Program-made: the position numbers and the translations under genes
Source of the DNA: Dehalococcoidia bacterium
GTDB taxonomy: Bacteria; Chloroflexota; Dehalococcoidia; UBA2979
Assembly: GCA_029247135.1 (NCBI GenBank)
Contig: JAQWLS010000113.1
Coordinates: 1-57,875 of the forward strand
Direction of reading: 5' to 3'
Length of the DNA: 57,875 nt
Shown here: piece after piece, positions 56,999-57,875 of the stretch
How positions within the stretch are numbered: the first letter of the stretch is position 1
Layout: each line of letters opens with the position of its first letter
The notes under the pieces: generated by a model
What the model was told of the DNA's origin: nothing
Database searches by the model: none
Seen by the model: only the letters and a program-made list of their open reading frames with translations

Positions 56999-57875
56999 TT
57001 ACGAGAGCAAATTTGACATACCTAATTCACTGAAAGTACTTTCAAACCATTCCACAACCTCGGGATGGTATGGAATGCCCCTTTCTAGTCGCTCGATCTC
57101 TTGTTCATGTTCTTCTATTCCCGCATATATCACTCGATCGTGGCCAGGCGCGGTGGGAGTTTCCTGCAAAGCGACAAGATATTCATCCATATTTGACTTG
57201 AATTCAGCTAAATCTCCAAAGGCTTCTACGTTAAACGCCGTAAAGTGATGCCCTATACCCTTTCCATTTCCTTCACTTCGTTGAAAGGCGGATCCTGCTG
57301 TCGAGAGGATACCCGCTAGGATGTCTATCGATGCGGCCAAACTGTAGCCTTTATGTGATCCGATTTCTCGGGTACCTCCCAGAGGCAGGATTAGAAAGTC
57401 TTCAGGCAACTCTTTTGATTCCATAATTGGCGTGCCGTCAGCCTCAGCAACCCAGCCTGGCAACATCGGCTCTCCTAGTCGTTGGGCTAGGCGTACCTTA
57501 TTGCCCGCAACACTAGACATTGAAGCATCAAAGATGAATGCGGGCTGCTTATCAGTCGGCACGGCGATTGCCAGTGGATTAAGCCCCACCCGCGCTTCAG
57601 CTCCAAATGTAGGGACCACAGATAGACCACCGACCGTCATTGATAGACCAATCATGTTATGGTCTAGAGCAAGCTGTGCGTGGTAAGCAGCGGCACCGAA
57701 GTGCCTACCATTGTTAGCAATTACCGTTCCTACTCCATGTACACGGGCTTTTTCAATAGCTAGTTCCATGAGTTCAGGACCCACAGCAACACCTAATCCT
57801 TGATCAGTATCAACGGTTGCTGTGGCGGGAAATTCGCGCTCTATTTTCCACTTCGGTTTAGGATTGATATCTCCG
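56999..57875 (-). CDS. Ldh_2 family (malate/L-lactate/sulfolactate dehydrogenase-like) oxidoreductase, N-terminus beyond window
   Basis: HKGYSLAASIDILAGILS motif. The frame stays open upstream of the track start through to the window end. Confidence 0.8.
   Translation of the reverse strand, partial: GDINPKPKWKIEREFPATATVDTDQGLGVAVGPELMELAIEKARVHGVGTVIANNGRHFGAAAYHAQLALDHNMIGLSMTVGGLSVVPTFGAEARVGLNPLAIAVPTDKQPAFIFDASMSSVAGNKVRLAQRLGEPMLPGWVAEADGTPIMESKELPEDFLILPLGGTREIGSHKGYSLAASIDILAGILSTAGSAFQRSEGNGKGIGHHFTAFNVEAFGDLAEFKSNMDEYLVALQETPTAPGHDRVIYAGIEEHEQEIERLERGIPYHPEVVEWFESTFSELGMSNLLS

Noticed and set aside
1-57875. CRISPR arrays, tRNA, rRNA or other structured RNA genes, transposases, integrases, prophage or toxin-antitoxin modules
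   Set aside because: No intergenic gap exceeds about 235 nt. I saw no repeat-spacer periodicity, no tRNA-like cloverleaf segments in the spacers, and no recombinase-like ORFs.

Overview
This 57.9 kb window is densely packed chromosomal DNA with about 53 protein-coding genes. I recognised no rRNA, tRNA, CRISPR array, transposase, integrase or phage module. All calls rest on reading motifs in the supplied translations and the DNA; no searches were run.

Gene content, in order:
- A redox and cofactor cluster: peroxiredoxin, an IscU-like scaffold, a MobA-like transferase, and a stand-alone nuoI/nuoG-like pair.
- An M16 peptidase, recF, and VOC (glyoxalase-fold) and metallo-beta-lactamase-fold (MBL) enzymes.
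- A ChlI/MoxR-like AAA ATPase paired with a von Willebrand factor A (VWA) domain protein.
- valS.
- An 11-gene, translationally coupled nuoABCDHIJKLMN operon with no nuoE, nuoF or nuoG.
- A membrane protein with a degenerate PP2C-like domain.
- A catabolic cluster: Gfo/Idh/MocA oxidoreductase, DinB, family III CoA-transferase, amidohydrolase, haloacid dehalogenase and enoyl-CoA hydratase.
- An orphan Cys-type formate dehydrogenase alpha subunit with a divergent rhodanese gene.
- A proteostasis operon (cbpA-type dnaJ, hspR, clpC-like, LON N-domain) behind a perfect palindrome.
- Two unknown genes, secA, prs, an MFS transporter and a VKOR/DsbA pair.
- A second catabolic cluster: acyl-CoA dehydrogenase, IlvD/Edd dehydratase, luciferase-like (LLM) oxidoreductase and an Ldh_2-family dehydrogenase.

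The gene families and the compact layout suggest a streamlined marine Chloroflexota (SAR202-like) or related Terrabacteria genome. That is inference only.

I see no convincing self-contained novel system such as a defence island or mobile module. The best leads are:
- a tandem 25-codon duplication of an Fe-S cysteine motif inside the NuoG-like protein;
- the detached nuoI/nuoG-like pair set against the EFG-less nuo operon;
- a membrane-anchored apparent PP2C pseudophosphatase;
- the palindrome-controlled dnaJ-hspR-clpC-LON operon;
- a small unknown gene starting 3 nt after the secA stop;
- an MFS gene whose N-terminal 120 codons contain no ATG, GTG or TTG.
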